A stretch of 64,000 nt of DNA, taken from positions 67,456,001-67,520,000 of the forward strand of contig NC_079166.1 in NCBI RefSeq assembly GCF_947568905.1, written 5' to 3'. Both the position numbers and the translations under genes were made by a program. This document shows, one piece after another, positions 59,983 to 64,000 of this stretch. A model generated the notes under the pieces. It was not told the DNA's origin. It saw only the letters and a program-made list of their open reading frames with translations, and did not search any database. Position 1 is the first letter of the stretch, and each line of letters begins with the position of its first letter. Source of the stretch: Ostrea edulis (Eukaryota).

Positions 59983-62900
59983 GGCATTATCCTGTTATTC
60001 GCTCCGTGGAGCGAATAATATTTGACGTTGTTGACGTTATTTCTTAATTTGTTTTCGTACTAAATTTGTGCATTTTTAAAGTTTTATCAAAAGAAATGAT
60101 CTTTAATTCGTTTTTTTCTTCTAAATCCCAATAACTTTTCCCTGTGATTTACAAAAAAAAATTAAATAGAAAATTCATATCTGCCCAATTTAATCTCCAA
60201 ATAATGTCACGGAATAAACCGTATAGCGTTTATTCCGTGAATACACCCCCCCCCCCCCACCCGTCAGGAAAGAAAATTAATGCTAACAGGCCAACTAAAC
60301 TGCTAAATATCTAAAATAATATTACGGAATAAACCTTATCATAATGTATTTCAATTTTTATAATATTTGAAAAGTTTGAGTATAGCGTTTATTCCGTTAC
60401 TTACAAAAAATTCAGAATACAAAATTAATGATAGCTATCCAAATTAATCTTTAGTAATGTTACGGAATAAATCGTCTAATAATTTGTTTCATTTTTTTAA
60501 AATCATTCATTTTGAATGCTTATGTACTTGTCGCTTGCATTAAATTTCGTCTTTGTTTTGTTAATACGGGTTAAAAAAACTTTCTTAGTTCAATAATATC
60601 CTTTTTCTTGTATTACTGTATTGAAATACACATTTATTCCGTTTCTAAGTTTCGACTAACAATAACCTTCCTTTACAAACAATTGCATGAGTAGTGTTCA
60701 GTTTTTCTCATTGTTTGCATTCAACAATTGCTTTCTATTCAAGTGAGGTACAGGCGTTTTCAGATTGCGTGAGAAAGGGAAAAACCATGCAAAGTTCAAG
60801 TCCTGTATATTGGAAATCTTACTTTCAAGAGCGGTGGATCAAACAGTTTAAGAAATAAAGTCATTAATTTTTTAATATTTAATTTAAAACCTTTGCAAAA
60901 TAAGTAGAGATGGCCGAGTAAATGTTTAAATTATTTTCACTTTTCAGGATTTTGTTTTAAAACATTTATTATGTAAATAAATGTTTTTAAAAATCGTAAA
61001 ATCTTTCATTGTGAGTGTATTTTTTACCAATAATTGCAGTTTGTATGCTACTGTTTCCTTTTCACTTTCATAATAAAAATGTATGTTGTAAGTAAATGTA
61101 CTGTGTCATTAGTTTACTTGGGAAATGAAACCTCGTCTGTATATATACTACTATTAGTCGCACCGGTGCGAATAATCATGGCACTATATTCATTCATTAA
61201 ATGTCATATTCATTGATATTAACCCCCCAAAAATTCCAAAATTTTTTATATGGTCTCCCCCAAAGAAACCCCTATCCCGGGAATTTCTTCCCTTTTTAGA
61301 GCGTTTTAGCTTGAAATTGGAAACCTCGTCTGTATATACTCCTGTTATTCGCACCGGTGCGAATAATTTTAGCACTATATTCATTCATTAAATGTCATAT
61401 TCAATGAAATTCACCGGGAATTCTTCCCTTTTAAGAGCGTTTTAGGTTGAAATTGGAAGCTTCGTCTGTATATACTCCTGTTATTCGCACCGGTGCGAAT
61501 AATTTTCGCACTATTCATTCATTAAATGTCATATTCATTGAAATTCACCCCCAAAAATTCCAAGCCCCATTTTTTATATAGTCTCCCCTAAAGAAACCCC
61601 TTTCCCGGGAATTCTTCCCTTTTTAGCCTGAAATGGAAACTTCGTCTGTATATATATACTCCTGTTATTCGCACCGGTGCGAATAATTTTAGCACTATAT
61701 TCATTCATTAAATGTCATATTCAATGAAATTCACCGGGAATTCTTCCCTTTTTAGAGCGTTTTAGCTTGAAATTGGAAACTTCGTCTGTATATACTCCTG
61801 TTATTCGCACCGTTGCGAATAATTTTCGCACTATTCATTCATTAAATGCCATATTCATTGAAATTCACCCCCAAAAATTCCAAGCCCCATTTTTTATATA
61901 GTCTCCCCTAAAGAAACCCCTTTCCCGGGAATTCTTCCCTTTTTAGAGCGTTTTAGCCTGAAATGGAAACTTCGTCTGTATATATATACTCCTGTTATTC
62001 GCACCGGTGCGAATAATTTTAGCACTATATTCATTCATTAAATGTCATATTCAATGAAATTCACCGGGAATTCTTCCCTTTTTAGAGCGTTTTAGCCTGA
62101 AATTGGAAACTTCGTCTGTATATACTCCTGTTATTCGCACCGGTGCGAATAATTTTAGCACTATTCATTCATTAAATGTCATATTCATTGAAATTCACCC
62201 CCAAAAATTCCAAGCCCCATTTTTTATATAGTCTCCCCTAAAGAAACCCTTTTCCCGGGAATTCTTCCCTTTTTAGAGCGTTTTAGCCTGAAATGGAAAC
62301 TTCGTCTGTATATATATATACTCCTGTTATTCGCACCGGTGCGAATAATTTTAGCACTATTCATTCATTAAATGTCATATTCATTGAAATTCACCCCCAA
62401 AAATTCCAAGCCCCATTTTTTATATCGTCTCCCCCAAAGAAACCCCTTTCCCGGGAATTTCTTCCCTTTTTAGAGCGTTTTAACTTGAAATGGAAACTTC
62501 GTCTGTATATATATACTCCTGTTATTCGCACCGGTGCGAATAATTTTAGCACTATATTCATTCATTAAATGTCATATTCAATGAAATTCACTGGAGATTC
62601 TTCCCTTTTTAGAGCGTTTTAGCTTGAAATTGGAAACTTCGTCTGTATATACTCCTGTTATTCGCACCGTTGCGAATAACAGAAGTATATATATATATAA
62701 GGATGATCTTTCAAAATATCATTCATAGATTTCTGAATAAATGTTATCTTTAAAATACACTACGAATACAAACGTTACAAATAAAATAAAACTTCAGATT
62801 TTCATGTTTATTACGAAGGTATATTCTCTCTATTTAGTTGCACATTCACCTATTTTTAACACTTGACCTTCTTCTCAAAATGGATGGTACTCAAGGTTTG

Positions 62901-63002
62901 CTTTTTGTTTCAGTTGCTATTTTTCCTCCATTGACGGTTTTGGCGTAACGTCAACAACGTCAAATATTATTCGCTCCGCGGAGCGAATAACAGGATAATG
63001 CC
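59983..63002. mobile_element. 3020-bp young non-autonomous DNA transposon: 57-bp TIRs, 8-bp TSD (Merlin-like or hAT-like)
   Basis: TSD AAATTACT at 59975-59982 and 63003-63010. TIRs GGCATTATCCTGTTATTCGCTCCG(T/C)GGAGCGAATAATATTTGACGTTGTTGACGTTA differ at 1 of 57 nt. No transposase ORF inside. Confidence 0.9.
61110..62690. repeat. Higher-order tandem array (136-bp and 184-196-bp units), each with a 22-bp palindrome TTATTCGCACCGGTGCGAATAA
   Basis: Palindromes at 61154, 61345, 61481, 61665, 61801, 61995, 62131, 62327, 62522 and 62658; spacings 191, 136, 184, 136, 194, 136, 196, 195, 136. Confidence 0.92.
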
Positions 63003-64000
63003 AAATTACTAGATAATGTAACCATAGGAACCTGTTATAAAATACATTAGCCTTTTCTTATATTTAGTGAACTAAATTAAATATGATCACCAAAGAAGGC
63101 AAATCCTTGTGATGCAGCCAAGCAACCACAGCAGATATATTAGCAATGGGCATGGTAGCTTACAGTCTGCTTAGTCCTATTGTAGTGTATATAAAGTATA
63201 AATTATATCAAATGAGCTGAAAATAACAAAGAAACAAAGTAGATATACCCACAGTGATCGTACTGTCCGAGGTTGACTCAAGTTTTGTTTTGTTTACACA
63301 TTTGGTATCCCGAGCCCGATGAATTTTGCCACGTGTTGTAAAAATTTAGTACGTTCAGCTGAACTGCAGTGCAGTGTATGTCTGTGATTGCAGTAACCAG
63401 GAGACGGAGAAGTTACCTTGGGACCGATGAGTGATGCTTTGTAGTCGTCGATATTTATGTTCATTGCTTCAGATTTATAAACAATTTCAAAGCATTCCAT
63501 CTTCATCTTCAGCAAGTGTCATCAGTCTCAGAACTATGTCAGATTCCGTTCATGACACAGCAAAAACAGGATTTGTTGATGTAAGAGTTTAATGGACGAC
63601 AAGTGATTGAAAGTTACAATATTCGCTTAAAGTGGAGACTAGAGTTAAAGAAATCGAACCAGAGGCTTGTGGTTCATGTAGCCAGATAGTCTCAGCTAGT
63701 GCAGATTCCTTTAGCCTTTTTCTCAGCTTCCTTAAATCGCTCAGTAGAAATATCTTGCGTTTTCCTGGCTTTTTTTTATGATTTTGATATTTACTGTGCT
63801 TTCAAAATCATAAAAAAGCCAGGAAAACATCGGATATTTCAGACTCCAGATAGGTATACAGGGCTTGAAGCTAACTTTTTGTCACCAGTCCAGCCGGACT
63901 GATGGGGTATAATTTCAATCAGTCCGTAGAAAAATTTACCAGTCCAACAGAGTTTCCCAGAAGTAATTAAACATATTTCGTTAATGTTATTAAAATGAAA

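Noticed and set aside
61110-62690. Palindromic repeats as a CRISPR array
   Set aside because: The intervening sequences are themselves repeats of two types, not unique spacers, and the array lies inside a TIR element.
63294-63515. Minus-strand ORF (…CSSAERTKFLQHVAKFIGLGIP)
   Set aside because: It is somewhat protein-like but has no recognisable motif and no consistent splice or start context. Unresolved without a search.

Overview
AT-rich eukaryotic (animal) genomic DNA with spliceosomal introns, one 156-bp N gap (34317-34472) and a dense repeat load. The repeat types suggest a bivalve, probably an oyster (inference). The short-ORF track is mostly noise, so genes were rebuilt by hand from splice sites with frame and phase checked at every junction. 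Five protein-coding loci are supported. (1-2) Two paralogous 4-exon minus-strand genes (656-3013 and 14244-15062) encode small secreted His/Thr-rich, Cys-containing proteins of 111 and 99 aa that I cannot assign to any family; only a fragment of each appears in the ORF track. (3) An 8-exon astacin metalloprotease with C-type lectin and kringle domains (17198-25551, minus, 555 aa). (4) A 12-coding-exon kexin/furin-family proprotein convertase of the PC1/3-like, non-membrane type (38948-51567, minus, 760 aa). (5) An intronless Mab-21/cGAS-like receptor with a TPR-like tail (53544-55544, plus), broken by one in-frame TAG and arranged head-to-head with the convertase. Non-coding highlights: a minimal hammerhead-ribozyme motif just upstream of gene 1; a young 3-kb TIR element with an 8-bp TSD carrying a higher-order array of 22-bp palindromes; ten 3' fragments of a Penelope-like RT element, all left of the gap; SINEs with clear TSDs; several MITE and foldback elements; and Helentron-type satellite carriers. 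There is no CRISPR array, rRNA or true tRNA.
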